A stretch of DNA of 46,717 bases from Thainema sp. (GTDB taxonomy: Bacteria > Cyanobacteriota > Cyanobacteriia > Phormidesmidales > Phormidesmidaceae), in assembly GCA_052168235.1 (NCBI GenBank), contig JBQLZK010000038.1:1-46717 (forward strand), given 5' to 3'. The number at the start of each line of letters is the position of its first letter. Within the stretch, counting starts at the first letter, position 1. Shown here piece after piece: positions 11,015 to 20,484 of the stretch. Both the position numbers and the translations under genes were made by a program. The notes beneath the pieces were generated by a model. It did not search any database. It saw only the letters and a program-made list of their open reading frames with translations, and was not told the DNA's origin.

Positions 11015-11199
11015 AGGGTATCTCAGATGTATTAAGTGTAATTGACTGTTCTCGTGAGCAATGCTGGCTGCCAATGTCCCAACTGCCGCCAGATGCTCTT
11101 TTTCGGCAAGCTGCCGTTGCAGAGATCGCACTTCCTTTGCATAACGAGCCACTTCCGCAGAGAGGGCCTGTTCACGTCGAGTCATCCATTGCACCGTCA

Positions 11200-11823
11200 C
11201 TACCAGATCTCCGCTAGCTCCATCAAACGTGCGATCGCAGTTTCGGTGGCCTGTTGCTGCATCTCGCCCCCCATGCCCTGGTAGGGAACCTCAACATAGT
11301 CCACAGCCTGAATGCCCAGAAAATTTAGGATGAACTGGAGATAGGGTACACAAAAATCCATTGCACCTGCTGGAGTGTCAGGAGCATAGCTGCCAGCCCG
11401 AGAACTAATAATGAGAGCTTTCTTGCCAGTGAGCAAACCCTGAAAGGTGACCGTATCGCGGTTGTACTCTACCGTATGACCGACGCGAATAACATTGTCA
11501 AAGTAGGCTTTCAAATGGGCGGGAATGCCAAAGTTATACATGGGTACCCCAAGCACAATGCGATCGCAATCAAACAGTTCTGCAATCAAGGCATCAGATT
11601 CCGCTAACTGTGCCTGGGTTTTGCCCGTTTGGTCTTGTGGTGGAGTCAGATTGGCGACAACCCAATCCGCCGTAATCAGCGCAGGAGGTTGTTGTCCTAG
11701 ATCGCGCAGTTGGTGTTGAGCGTCGGGATGAATCAACTGCCACTGATAAATGAACTTAGAAGCAAGGGTGCGAGAAACGGATCGATCGTGGCGAACACTA
11801 GTTTGAATTTCTAACAGTTTCAT
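11200..11823 (-). CDS. azoR: FMN-dependent NADH-azoreductase
   Basis: S.R...S.SR, PMYNFGIPAHLKAYFD, SSRAG, YL..IL.FLGI. Confidence 0.9.
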   Translation of the reverse strand: MKLLEIQTSVRHDRSVSRTLASKFIYQWQLIHPDAQHQLRDLGQQPPALITADWVVANLTPPQDQTGKTQAQLAESDALIAELFDCDRIVLGVPMYNFGIPAHLKAYFDNVIRVGHTVEYNRDTVTFQGLLTGKKALIISSRAGSYAPDTPAGAMDFCVPYLQFILNFLGIQAVDYVEVPYQGMGGEMQQQATETAIARLMELAEIW

Positions 11824-11875
11824 GCGGGTTTCTCCAATGACGTTAAGTGAACATAAACTGGCGAAGATTTGCGGT

Positions 11876-12337
11876 CTAATTAGAATGCTGTCGATCTAAC
11901 TGGGTAAGCGCAATCGCCACCATTAGCAGTGCGATCGCAACGACTCTAGAGACATTGAGCGGATGCGTCGGCACCCCCAACCAGCCAAATTGATCTACCA
12001 GCAAAGACATGATCATTTGGCTACAAACGACTGCTAAAGTCGCTGTTGTTAAGCCTAATTTTGGCACCGTTAATGTACTTAAACTGACAAACGTTGCGCC
12101 TAATAATCCACCTAAAAATGCCCACCAGGGAACGTCGGCAAACTGTTGAAAATTAGGCGATTTGAACAGCCCTGAGGCAATTAAAAGGGCCAAAATACTA
12201 AACCCAACCAGAAAATTAATGGCAGCCGCTGCGATCGCAGACTGCAACGTTTGCTTGAGGCGAGCATTGGCAGCCGAACCGATGGCTAAAAAGCTACCCG
12301 CTGAACCAGCCCCGACAATGGCGAATAAAAGATCCAT
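11876..12337 (-). CDS. DMT family transporter (YdcZ/DUF606-like)
   Basis: NARL, PWWAFLGGLLGA, SQ..MSLLVDQFGWLG; start at ATG 12337. Confidence 0.85.
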   Translation of the reverse strand: MDLLFAIVGAGSAGSFLAIGSAANARLKQTLQSAIAAAAINFLVGFSILALLIASGLFKSPNFQQFADVPWWAFLGGLLGATFVSLSTLTVPKLGLTTATLAVVCSQMIMSLLVDQFGWLGVPTHPLNVSRVVAIALLMVAIALTQLDRQHSN

Positions 12338-12354
12338 ATTGCATCCGGAATGAA

Positions 12355-12843
12355 CTACTGGATAAGAAAGAAAAGCGCGACCAGAAACAGGCCAATGGCA
12401 ACGCGACGATAGGTCGTGAGCCGATGCTGGGGCAGTCCCAGCCAACCAAAGTGATCGGCAATAATGCCTGCGATCGCTTGGCCAAACACAACAAATCCCA
12501 GCGTTAGCGTCGCACCCAGAGTTGAGATGAAATAAGCGCTGGAGGCAATGTACCAGGCCCCAAACACCCCTCCCGTCAAACTCCAGTGAGGCGCTTTCGG
12601 TAGCGCCAACCAATTGGGATGCTCAAACCGCCGCGTAAGCAGCAAAATCGCTAAAGCTAAGAAACCAACTAGATAAGAAACGTTAGCCGCCACAGGAGCA
12701 GAGGCCAGCGATCGCGCTAACTGAGCATTCATGCTGGCCTGAATCGGCAACAAAGCGCCGCTCAGCAGCGACAACAACAGATAAAGGCAAATTTGACAGC
12801 GGAACCAGAGACTCCGCGATCTCAACAGAGATAAGAAGCTCAT
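12355..12843 (-). CDS. DMT family transporter (YdcZ/DUF606-like), paired subunit
   Basis: QASMNAQL, W..TGGVFGA, GQ.....DHFGWLG; start uncertain. Confidence 0.85.
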   Translation of the reverse strand: MSFLSLLRSRSLWFRCQICLYLLLSLLSGALLPIQASMNAQLARSLASAPVAANVSYLVGFLALAILLLTRRFEHPNWLALPKAPHWSLTGGVFGAWYIASSAYFISTLGATLTLGFVVFGQAIAGIIADHFGWLGLPQHRLTTYRRVAIGLFLVALFFLIQ

Positions 12844-12998
12844 ACCTAAAAACCTTGGGTGAATGAGTTGTAGCGAGGAAAATCCTGAGATCTGTAGCGC
12901 TAACAAGCAGAAGATGTAGAACCAAATTCATCTTGACATCAAGATATTCGACATAAAGATAAAAGTCAAGAATCTCGACGTCAAGATATAATGACGAC

Positions 12999-13499
12999 AT
13001 GAACCCTGATCGCATCGATGACATTTTGGAACAGTGGCAGCACGAGTCGCCGCAGTTAGATCTCTCGGCTCTGGCGGTGACCGGGCGAGTCATGCGGACT
13101 GCTCGTTTACTGGAAAAGCACCGCGAATCTGTCCTGGCAGACTACGGCTTAGCCGTCTGGTCATTTGATATGTTGGCGACGCTGAGGCGGCAAGGGCCGC
13201 CCTATCAACTGAAGCCAACCGAGCTCTATGACTTATTAATGCTCTCATCGGGGGCGATGACCAACCGGATTGATCGCCTGGAGAAAGATGGCCTAGTTGC
13301 TCGCATCCGTGATCCCAATGATCGGCGCAGCGTCAGCGTGCAGCTAACCCCCAAAGGCATTGAGCTGATGGATGTCGTCATGCCAGCTTTGTTCGAACGG
13401 GAAAACCAGTTTCTGGAGCAGTTTACCCAGACGGAGACTCAAACGCTTACGAAATTACTGCGTCGATTTTTGTTAGTGTTTGACGCGAATGGTAAGTGA
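12999..13499 (+). CDS. MarR family transcriptional regulator
   Basis: PTEL...SSGAMTNRIDRLE..GLV.R..DPNDRRS..V.LT..G; divergent from the DMT/azoR operon. Confidence 0.93.
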   Translation: MNPDRIDDILEQWQHESPQLDLSALAVTGRVMRTARLLEKHRESVLADYGLAVWSFDMLATLRRQGPPYQLKPTELYDLLMLSSGAMTNRIDRLEKDGLVARIRDPNDRRSVSVQLTPKGIELMDVVMPALFERENQFLEQFTQTETQTLTKLLRRFLLVFDANGK

Positions 13500-13570
13500 C
13501 ACAATTCCTGGCTCTCGCTATTTTGCAGGGATGCACTCACACCAATCTTGTTCCAGCCGACTCGTCATGC

Positions 13571-14090
13571 TTAGGCCGAGATTGGCAAGCTTGACGCAAA
13601 ATGAGTCCACAGGACGGGGAGATAGGCTTGGCAGATCGCTTCTATGTGTCGATGATCAGTCCCGCAGCAACCACCTAGCAGATTCAAGTTCTTGAGTTTA
13701 CGTTTTAGGGCACGATACTGACGACCCAGTTCAATCGGCATTCCCATTATCTAAAGTCTCGGCTTCGTCTAACTCAGCATGACTCTTAGTAAAAACATTG
13801 GCTTGCACTCCCCGAATTCGCTTCCAACCAGGGTTCGCCTTCAGTGAACACGCTAGCAAAATGAGTGGGATGGGCGCAGTTAATCATGTAGTAAGCCGGA
13901 TAATTGTCTGTCGCTTGATCAACTTGTGCGATCGCAGATTTTAAACTTTGCCCGGTCGGCAAGTGGCCATCGGTTTCGACTGTGAATGAAATCACTACAG
14001 GCATATCTAACTGGTGTGCGGCACGGGTGATGCCAATCGCCTCTTCGGTATAGTTAATCGTAATCGCTGTAACGAAGTCAGCATCAGCAC
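13571..14090 (-). pseudogene. Homocysteine S-methyltransferase family pseudogene (3' half, frameshifted)
   Basis: Fragments ISFTVETDG, YMINCAHPTHF, SHAELDEAETLD and LLGGCCGTDHRHI are not in one continuous frame; 5' end cut at a MITE half-copy at 14091. Confidence 0.8.
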
Positions 14091-14198
14091 CACAAAAAAT
14101 AAATTGGCTTCTTATACACAGACTTGATATTAGCTACACCACCGACTATTTCAGCTCATCAGAGGTTAAGTATCGGGAATTCTAGCGCTCGTTCAGGC

Positions 14199-14510
14199 CT
14201 AAAGCTCTTGCGCGTCTGGCGGCTGAAACAGTTCAATCAGGGCTACCGTACCGACAAAAAAGGTATAAATGCTGTATTTCAGCGGCGACTGATTCCGGGG
14301 AGCCGCATAGAAAACTGCGATCGCAGCTTCAATACCGTGGCTAATTAGGGCAAATCGCTCAATGTAGAAGAGAATCGTCAGTCCCTGAATTGGAGCATAC
14401 AGATTCCACAGCTCTAGCCCCAAAGCGCTGGTAATCAGCACCGTTGAGAGCACTTTGATTAGGCTGCTAAAATTTTTATCGAGTTTAAACAGTGTCGGCA
14501 TCAGGGTCAC
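14199..14510 (-). CDS. Small membrane protein
   Basis: 103 aa with hydrophobic segments; HGIEA and FFVG...L.EL motifs. Confidence 0.7.
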   Translation of the reverse strand: MTLMPTLFKLDKNFSSLIKVLSTVLITSALGLELWNLYAPIQGLTILFYIERFALISHGIEAAIAVFYAAPRNQSPLKYSIYTFFVGTVALIELFQPPDAQEL

Positions 14511-14557
14511 ATTCCTTAGACTCTGTATTGGCTAACGCTTTCTACCTTACGTGTTTC

Positions 14558-15334
14558 ATGAATCAATGGCTACTGAAAAAACTGCTAGGCATTTGGCTGG
14601 GCTACGATAGGTTGGCTTGGTATAACCAGCTTGATTGGCATCAAGCCATTTCAACGTTTCAGCAGCCAGAGCTGAGTTATCCAGACTACTACAGTTCCCA
14701 GAACTTTCACGGTATTCGCGAGGGATATCTAAATCCAATCGCCGCCATTACCTACGATCCGGTGACGAAACTGGCCTCTCCTCCCCATGAAGGTTGGCTG
14801 CGGCGTCAGCTCCTCACTATGATTAAAGGTCAACCCCAGCAGATTCTAGATCTGGGCTGCGGCACAGGATCTTCAACGCTGTTGCTAAAGCAGGCTTTTC
14901 CAAATGCAGCGGTTGTGGGCCTTGACCTGTCTCCTTACATGCTGGTCATGGCAGACTATAAAGCGCAGCAAGCGGGGCTGGAGATTCAGTGGCAGCAGGG
15001 TTTGGCCGAAGCGAGTGGCTGGGAATCGACTCGGTTTGATCTGGTAACGGCTTCGTTCCTGTTTCACGAGATGCCGCCTGCTGCCAGTCAGGCCGTTTTG
15101 CGGGAGAGCTGGCGGTTGCTCAAACCGGGGGGACAAATCCTGATTCTAGATGGCAGTCAGCGGATACTGCGGCATCTAGGCTGGCTAATTGATTTATTTC
15201 GTGAACCTTATTCACGAGTGTACGCAGCGGAATGCGTACAGGGCTGGTTAAACGCAGCGGGATTTGCGACCGTGAGATCGCACCACCGAGGACTGATTCA
15301 CCAAATTACAACCGGCCATCGTCCACATCATTAG
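14558..15334 (+). CDS. Class I SAM-dependent methyltransferase
   Basis: ILDLGCGTG, GLDLSPYML, FDLV...FLFHE, LLKPGG; ATG at 14558. Confidence 0.9.
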   Translation: MNQWLLKKLLGIWLGYDRLAWYNQLDWHQAISTFQQPELSYPDYYSSQNFHGIREGYLNPIAAITYDPVTKLASPPHEGWLRRQLLTMIKGQPQQILDLGCGTGSSTLLLKQAFPNAAVVGLDLSPYMLVMADYKAQQAGLEIQWQQGLAEASGWESTRFDLVTASFLFHEMPPAASQAVLRESWRLLKPGGQILILDGSQRILRHLGWLIDLFREPYSRVYAAECVQGWLNAAGFATVRSHHRGLIHQITTGHRPHH

Positions 15335-15401
15335 TAGTGATATTCAGGTAATGATTTTGAGGACTACCCACATCATTAGCTGGCAAATAGTTGTAGTCCT
15401 T

Positions 15402-15503
15402 AGGAGCGTGAATTAAATAGCCTGTCAATCATTCCATCCGTAGGGACACGGCAATGCCGTGTCCCTACCCCAAATATTTCACCTTATTAAATTCACGCTC
15501 CTT
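15402..15503. repeat. GTAG-type REP hairpin nested in an outer inverted repeat
   Basis: GTAGGGACACGGCA-A-TGCCGTGTCCCTAC flanked by AGGAGCGTGAATT / AATTCACGCTCCT. Confidence 0.7.
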
Positions 15504-15718
15504 CGAGAGCCGTTATTGCAAATTATTATATTGCCACCGGACACGGTGCTAGCATACTCCCTGCAAGGGTTTCGTGCTTCAGATCACAGACCTGAGATTT
15601 CCTGAGTTTCCTCCCAAAAGCCTCGACAAAGACCATAGTTTTTCCGTAGTGACGGCTACAAAATCGATTGTTAGTTTGGAATCGTCCGATGTTAAAGCCC
15701 CCAACGGAGAAACAATCT

Positions 15719-17701
15719 ATGAACGGTAATCTCGAATTCTTGCTTAATCTCATTATCAGCAATCTGTTCCCTGATGCGCCCCCGATCGATAATTTAGGCG
15801 ACGTTTTCTTTGGTGATGACGGCAACGACCAGTTTGTTGGAGGAGATAAACAAGATATCTTCTTCGGAGGAAAAGGAAACGACAAAATTGAAGGCGGTGA
15901 CGAAACTGACGTAGCCTTCGGTGGTGCAGGTGACGACACTATCGTTGGTCAGCGCGGTGACGACGTTGTTGCAGCCGGTGCAGGTGATGACCGCGTGATC
16001 TGGAACAACGGCGACGGTAGCGACCTAATTGATGGTGGTTCTGGTTACGATGTCTCTGAAGTCAACGGTTCCAACAATAGTGGTGATGAATTCACTCTTC
16101 AGCAAAACGACAAGGGACAAGCCATTTTCGACCGCGTCAACCTCGGCCCCTTCACCCTGACTCAAGACAGCATTGAGCAGATGGAAGTCAATGGTCTAGG
16201 CGGTGACGATTCCTTTACCATCGGTGATTTGTCTAACACAACTATCAAACGCATTCTATTCTCGGGTGGAGACGGTAACGACGTCTTAGATGCACGGGAA
16301 AGTGCAACGCTGATTGAAGCCGATGGTGGTGCGGGTGATGACCTGCTGCAAAGCGGTTCCGCTGCTGACAACCTCAAAGGTGGAGACGGTAACGACACCA
16401 TCGTTGCTCAGCGGGGCGATGATGTGATTGATGCTGGTGACGGTGACGATCGCGTGATTTGGAACAATGGCGACGGTAGCGACCTGATTAATGGTGGCAT
16501 GGGCTTTGATGTCTCTGAAGTCAACGGTTCCAACAACAGCGGTGATGAATTCACCCTCCAGCAAAATGACCAGGGACAAGCCATTTTCGACCGCGTTAAT
16601 CTCGGCCCCTTCACATTAACTCAAGACAACATTGAGCAGATGGAAGTCAACGGCCAAGGTGGCGACGATTCCTTCACTATTGGTGACCTGTCGAAAACCA
16701 CGATTGAAAAGGTCGTATTCTCGGGTGGAGACGGGAACGACGTCTTAGATGCACGAGAAAGTGCAACACCGATTGAAGCCGATGGTGGTGCCGGGGATGA
16801 CCTGCTGCAAAGCGGTTCCGGTGCTGACAACCTCAAAGGTGGAGACGGTAATGACACCATCGTTGCTCAGCGGGGCGATGATGTGATTGATGCGGGTGAC
16901 GGTGACGATCGCGTGATTTGGAACAATGGCGACGGTAGCGACCTGATTAATGGTGGCATGGGCTTTGATGTCTCTGAAGTCAATGGTTCCAACGCTAGCG
17001 GTGATGAGTTCACCCTCCAGCAAAATGACCAAGGACAAGCCATTTTCGATCGCGTCAACCTCGGCCCCTTCACCCTGACTCAAGACAACATTGAGCAGAT
17101 GGAAGTCAACGGCCAAGGTGGTGACGATTCCTTCACCATTGATGACCTGTCGAATACTACGATTCAGAGCATCTTGTTCTCGGGTGGAGATGGCAACGAC
17201 ATCTTGGATGCCGGGAACACCGCAACGCCCATTGTAGCCGATGGTGGCGCGGGCGATGACATCCTGATCGGTGGTTCCGGTGACGATATTCTGATCGGTG
17301 GCGACGGTAGCGACCTGCTGATCGGTGGAGCTGGTAACGACATCCTGATTGGTGGCAACGGGCCGGACAGCTTCGGCTTTGACAGCGGAGCACTGTTCAA
17401 TCCTAGCGATATCGGTACTAACCAGATTCAAAACTTTGATGCGGCTACCGATAGCATCATCCTGGATCAGACGGTCTTCGCCGCCATTACTGGAGATAGC
17501 TTTAGCTCAGACTACTGTGGCATGGTTGCTACCGATGCTGAGGCTGCTTCGAGTGATGCGTTGATTGTCTACAGCATGGGTTCGGGTAACCTGTACTACA
17601 ACCCTAATGGTGCTGAAGATAGCTACGGTAACGGCGGACAGTTTGCCGTGCTTGAAGGTGCGCCAACTCTAACGGCTGATAACTTTGTTGTTCAACCGTA
17701 G
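15719..17701 (+). CDS. Hemolysin-type (RTX) Ca-binding repeat protein
   Basis: Many GGxGxDxL nonapeptides; three near-identical 153-aa (459-bp) modules; no N-terminal signal, consistent with type I secretion; ATG at 15719 with GGAG SD. Confidence 0.9.
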   Translation: MNGNLEFLLNLIISNLFPDAPPIDNLGDVFFGDDGNDQFVGGDKQDIFFGGKGNDKIEGGDETDVAFGGAGDDTIVGQRGDDVVAAGAGDDRVIWNNGDGSDLIDGGSGYDVSEVNGSNNSGDEFTLQQNDKGQAIFDRVNLGPFTLTQDSIEQMEVNGLGGDDSFTIGDLSNTTIKRILFSGGDGNDVLDARESATLIEADGGAGDDLLQSGSAADNLKGGDGNDTIVAQRGDDVIDAGDGDDRVIWNNGDGSDLINGGMGFDVSEVNGSNNSGDEFTLQQNDQGQAIFDRVNLGPFTLTQDNIEQMEVNGQGGDDSFTIGDLSKTTIEKVVFSGGDGNDVLDARESATPIEADGGAGDDLLQSGSGADNLKGGDGNDTIVAQRGDDVIDAGDGDDRVIWNNGDGSDLINGGMGFDVSEVNGSNASGDEFTLQQNDQGQAIFDRVNLGPFTLTQDNIEQMEVNGQGGDDSFTIDDLSNTTIQSILFSGGDGNDILDAGNTATPIVADGGAGDDILIGGSGDDILIGGDGSDLLIGGAGNDILIGGNGPDSFGFDSGALFNPSDIGTNQIQNFDAATDSIILDQTVFAAITGDSFSSDYCGMVATDAEAASSDALIVYSMGSGNLYYNPNGAEDSYGNGGQFAVLEGAPTLTADNFVVQP

Positions 17702-17772
17702 ATATCTAGCGATAAGTGTCTAACGAATCACTGTTTGCATGACTAATTTCCAAACTTCATCATGATGCAAGT

Positions 17773-17803
17773 GTGGACGACAGCAAAGCTGCCGTCCACT
17801 TTT
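17773..17803 (+). terminator. Intrinsic terminator after RTX gene
   Basis: GTGGACGACAGC-AAA-GCTGCCGTCCAC followed by TTTT. Confidence 0.65.
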
Positions 17804-18229
17804 CTATAGCTATAGCGGTTCTAGATAAGAACGAGAGAGGAGAGTGCCTCATCTTGATGCACTCTCCTCTCTCGTTTTCTCACTCTTAACTGGAATTACT
17901 ATGTAGCTATGTTGGTTGGACGTTTGTGTCCTAACAGAACTGACTACATCAAAACCTCGCGAAACGGTGCGTTACGGCTCCGCCTAACACACCCTACAGC
18001 TACAGCATCGTGTAATTTCAGTCATTTACTGACTCACAGATTGCACCTAATCAATGAGAAATCAAGTACACCGAAAGGTTATTTTGTTACCATCATACGG
18101 CAGCGAAATAACCTTTTGGGGTTCTAGTACAAGCTATGAGTTGACTTAATGAAAAATGCGATCGCACTTCTCCTAATAGGATTCGTAGGTGCGATCGCAC
18201 ATGGTCAACACTAAAGCCAGAGCGCCACT

Positions 18230-18868
18230 CTACAAATTGAGCGGTTGAACATTCAGATCCTTCAGCGTGATTGAAAAATGGCGCTGTTCACCTGTTGCAA
18301 TGAAGGAAACAATCACCTCACAGGCCACCGCAACCGTTAGCATCACCAAATTGCGAGCTAGCGGATAATCACAAATATCATCATTCACGTCCGAAGGTAC
18401 TCGGTAATCATCATTCCAAACCACTTCCGCGTAATCAGCCGCAAGTCCCGCGTGGAGACAAGAAATTCCAGCTTGATCGACGTAATTTTTCACTGCTCGA
18501 CGAGAAATGCTGTTATCAAAAACATCAATGATCAACTTGCTCCCATTAAGGAGTTGGGCAGCATTATCTACAGTTAATTTTTTAGTTTCAATTTCGACCT
18601 TTGTGCCAATTGCTCGATACAGATTATTTGCCAAAATTTTGGCCTTAAATGCACCGACATCGGAACGATAATACGGCTGAGTTGAAAGATTCCGTTCTTC
18701 AATGCGATCGCAGTCAATTACCTTGAGTTTGCCGAACCCAGCCCGAGCCAAATTCTCAGCTAGATTGGCACCCAAAGCCCCCACGCCACAAAGAGTTACG
18801 GGATAGTCCTTCAGCTTTGCCATCACCGCATCGGTTCGGTAAAGTTGTTCATGGAGAAAGATAGTCAT
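18230..18868 (-). CDS. ThiF/E1-like adenylyltransferase (ubiquitin-like activating enzyme)
   Basis: GVGALG nucleotide loop, DxDRIEERNLSTQ, GAFKA, IIDVFDN; no CxxC Zn pairs; Cys in DDICDYP; ATGA overlap with upstream gene. Confidence 0.9.
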   Translation of the reverse strand: MTIFLHEQLYRTDAVMAKLKDYPVTLCGVGALGANLAENLARAGFGKLKVIDCDRIEERNLSTQPYYRSDVGAFKAKILANNLYRAIGTKVEIETKKLTVDNAAQLLNGSKLIIDVFDNSISRRAVKNYVDQAGISCLHAGLAADYAEVVWNDDYRVPSDVNDDICDYPLARNLVMLTVAVACEVIVSFIATGEQRHFSITLKDLNVQPLNL

Positions 18869-19692
18869 AGTCCTTCCATCACACCCACTAAGGATTGCAG
18901 GTCAAAATCGCGATCGCGCCCGCTCAAGCAAATACCAGAGCTGACTACCGTTAAGTCATTTTTTGTGATCGCACTGGTATGGCGAGTGCCGTCAGCCATT
19001 GTCCAATCAACTGTCCAGTACTCACCCCGATCCCGGAACTGGTGCAGTTCGCCGCCGCCAAGTTTGAGCGCCTGCCGCAGTCGGCGCTCGTCGCGCTGCG
19101 GTTGGGCAAATCCGGCTGTGCGCTGCGTGACTAACTCATATAGCGATCGCATTTCGGGCGTCATGTCCTTAAACTGCAAGTCTTCAACCGGAGTGAGCTG
19201 CTTGAGATTAGCTTGCAGGGTTTCTGCGATCTCAGGATCAGCCCGCCGATCAACCTCTTCAAACCAGCAGGACTGACCGTTCCAGCGAGCTGTGATTTGC
19301 TCAAATGCTACGCCTTCGGTTATCAGATGCACCAGCACGGGCTTAACAACTTTGAACCGCTGTCGCATATCCGCTTCATTGACTGGATAAGCTAGCCAGG
19401 TTCGATTCTGTAAGCGATAGGCTAACCGCAAGCGAATCGATTGAAACTGCTGCAAGTATGCAGCAATCTGGAATAGATCAGCTTCTTCTACTAGCGTTAC
19501 GGTCTGCGCATCCACAGGCTGAAAAATCCCCCATCCCTCAAACTGCTCGGGTTTCGGAATAAAGGTGTAAACCATGCCTGCAACCCGCGTGCGGACTCGC
19601 CCAGCCTTGACGCAGGGGGCGAGGAATTGAGTTGTTTGCAGGTGTGCTTCAGCACTGGCAATCTGATTCAAAAGCTGGCGGATGTCAGTCAT
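18865..19692 (-). CDS. Hypothetical protein with candidate E2-like C-terminal domain (SSGICLSG)
   Basis: 275 aa; translationally coupled between NADAR and ThiF; E2 assignment is inferred from G-I-C-L followed by an aromatic residue and an amphipathic helix. Confidence 0.8.
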   Translation of the reverse strand: MTDIRQLLNQIASAEAHLQTTQFLAPCVKAGRVRTRVAGMVYTFIPKPEQFEGWGIFQPVDAQTVTLVEEADLFQIAAYLQQFQSIRLRLAYRLQNRTWLAYPVNEADMRQRFKVVKPVLVHLITEGVAFEQITARWNGQSCWFEEVDRRADPEIAETLQANLKQLTPVEDLQFKDMTPEMRSLYELVTQRTAGFAQPQRDERRLRQALKLGGGELHQFRDRGEYWTVDWTMADGTRHTSAITKNDLTVVSSGICLSGRDRDFDLQSLVGVMEGL

Positions 19693-20125
19693 AGCGCAAA
19701 ATTTCGCGAACTTCCATTAGAATTTGTCCCAGTTTGTTCTTGCCGCTGCCGTCTTTGCCACAGCCCCAGTAGTAGTCAATAGGGGAATTTTCGACGATTA
19801 GTTCATTCCCAGTACTGAGTAAAATTTCTTGAATATTGGCATGGGTGCTAAACTTTTGCAGCACAGCTTTATGCATCACTTCATCCTTGACTTGTTCCCA
19901 GTCGGAACGAAGTGGCAATGTGCGATCGCGCCCCATGTTGGCAGCCTGTTTTGGCGTTTTGGTTTGCCGTACCTTTTCTAGATAAGAAGTGCCGACAAAC
20001 TTTTGTGCCTGAAAGTAATGTTCACTGGTTGCCCAATACAGCTCATCGAGCATGAAGCCATGCGCTGAGAAATTGGAGAAGCAACCGTAGGGTTTCTCTC
20101 GTTCAACGTAGAAATAAATGGTCAT
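19685..20125 (-). CDS. NADAR (YbiA-like) family protein
   Basis: FSNF, TSEHYFQAQKF, R.DWE.VK..VM, KF, LL.TG...IVE.SP.D.YWG.G..G.G.N.LG.ILM.VR. Confidence 0.95.
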   Translation of the reverse strand: MTIYFYVEREKPYGCFSNFSAHGFMLDELYWATSEHYFQAQKFVGTSYLEKVRQTKTPKQAANMGRDRTLPLRSDWEQVKDEVMHKAVLQKFSTHANIQEILLSTGNELIVENSPIDYYWGCGKDGSGKNKLGQILMEVREILRYD

Positions 20126-20171
20126 GGTTGCTCCCTATCCTTATCTCTAGCTAAAACGGAATCTTATTAAA

Positions 20172-20255
20172 ACCCGACAATTGATTGTTTGAGAAGCTTG
20201 GCTTAGCCAAGCTTCTCAAACAATCAATTGGGTTCTTATACATGGACTCAAATCA
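20172..20255. repeat. Palindromic MITE-like element between RNA unit U1 and NADAR
   Basis: CAATTGATTGTTTGAGAAGCTTGGCT-T-AGCCAAGCTTCTCAAACAATCAATTG followed by GGGTTCTTATAC, as in the 10.3 kb and 26.2 kb elements. Confidence 0.7.
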
Positions 20256-20257
20256 TA

Positions 20258-20463
20258 CCTGCGTGCAAGTTTTTAGAGCATTGCGCGTTCTCAGTTACTT
20301 GGGGGACTCCGCTGGTGAGTTCTTACACACTCTTTCAAGGATGGCTACTTCTAAGCCCACCTCCCAGGTTCTTCGCACTCCCCGTTTACAAGCGCCCACT
20401 GCATGGCAGCGTCACGTTTCCTCTCGTACTCGTATGTAGGCTCCACAGTTTAGGGCACGCAGG
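20258..20463 (-). ncRNA. Y-RNA-like unit U1 carrying 23S sarcin-ricin loop and H42-H44 GTPase-associated-centre mimics
   Basis: Terminal stem CCUGCGUGC/GCACGCAGG; AGUACGAGAGGA at 20430-20419; CUGG-GAGGUGGGCUUAGAAGUAGCCAUCCUUGAAAGAGUGUGUAAGAACUCA-CCAG at 20367-20312. Confidence 0.85.
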
Positions 20464-20467
20464 ATAT

Positions 20468-20484
20468 ATACTACAAATACTACA
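20468..20484 (-). promoter_or_regulatory. Tandem TGTAGTAT boxes overlapping the predicted -10 of the U1-NADAR-E2like-ThiF unit
   Basis: ATACTACA at 20468-20475 and 20477-20484, 4 nt from the U1 5' end. Confidence 0.65.

Noticed and set aside
13706..13714. TAGGGCACG match to the scaffold end (also GGGCACG near 5208)
   Set aside because: No partner CGTGCAAGT arm or GTATGTA linker; the first lies within the methyltransferase pseudogene coding sequence.
15526..17564. Multiple antisense and alternate-frame ORFs over the RTX gene, and similar ones over ald, rtcB, the kinases and the diguanylate cyclase
   Set aside because: Shadow ORFs caused by codon bias and internal repeats of well-supported genes.
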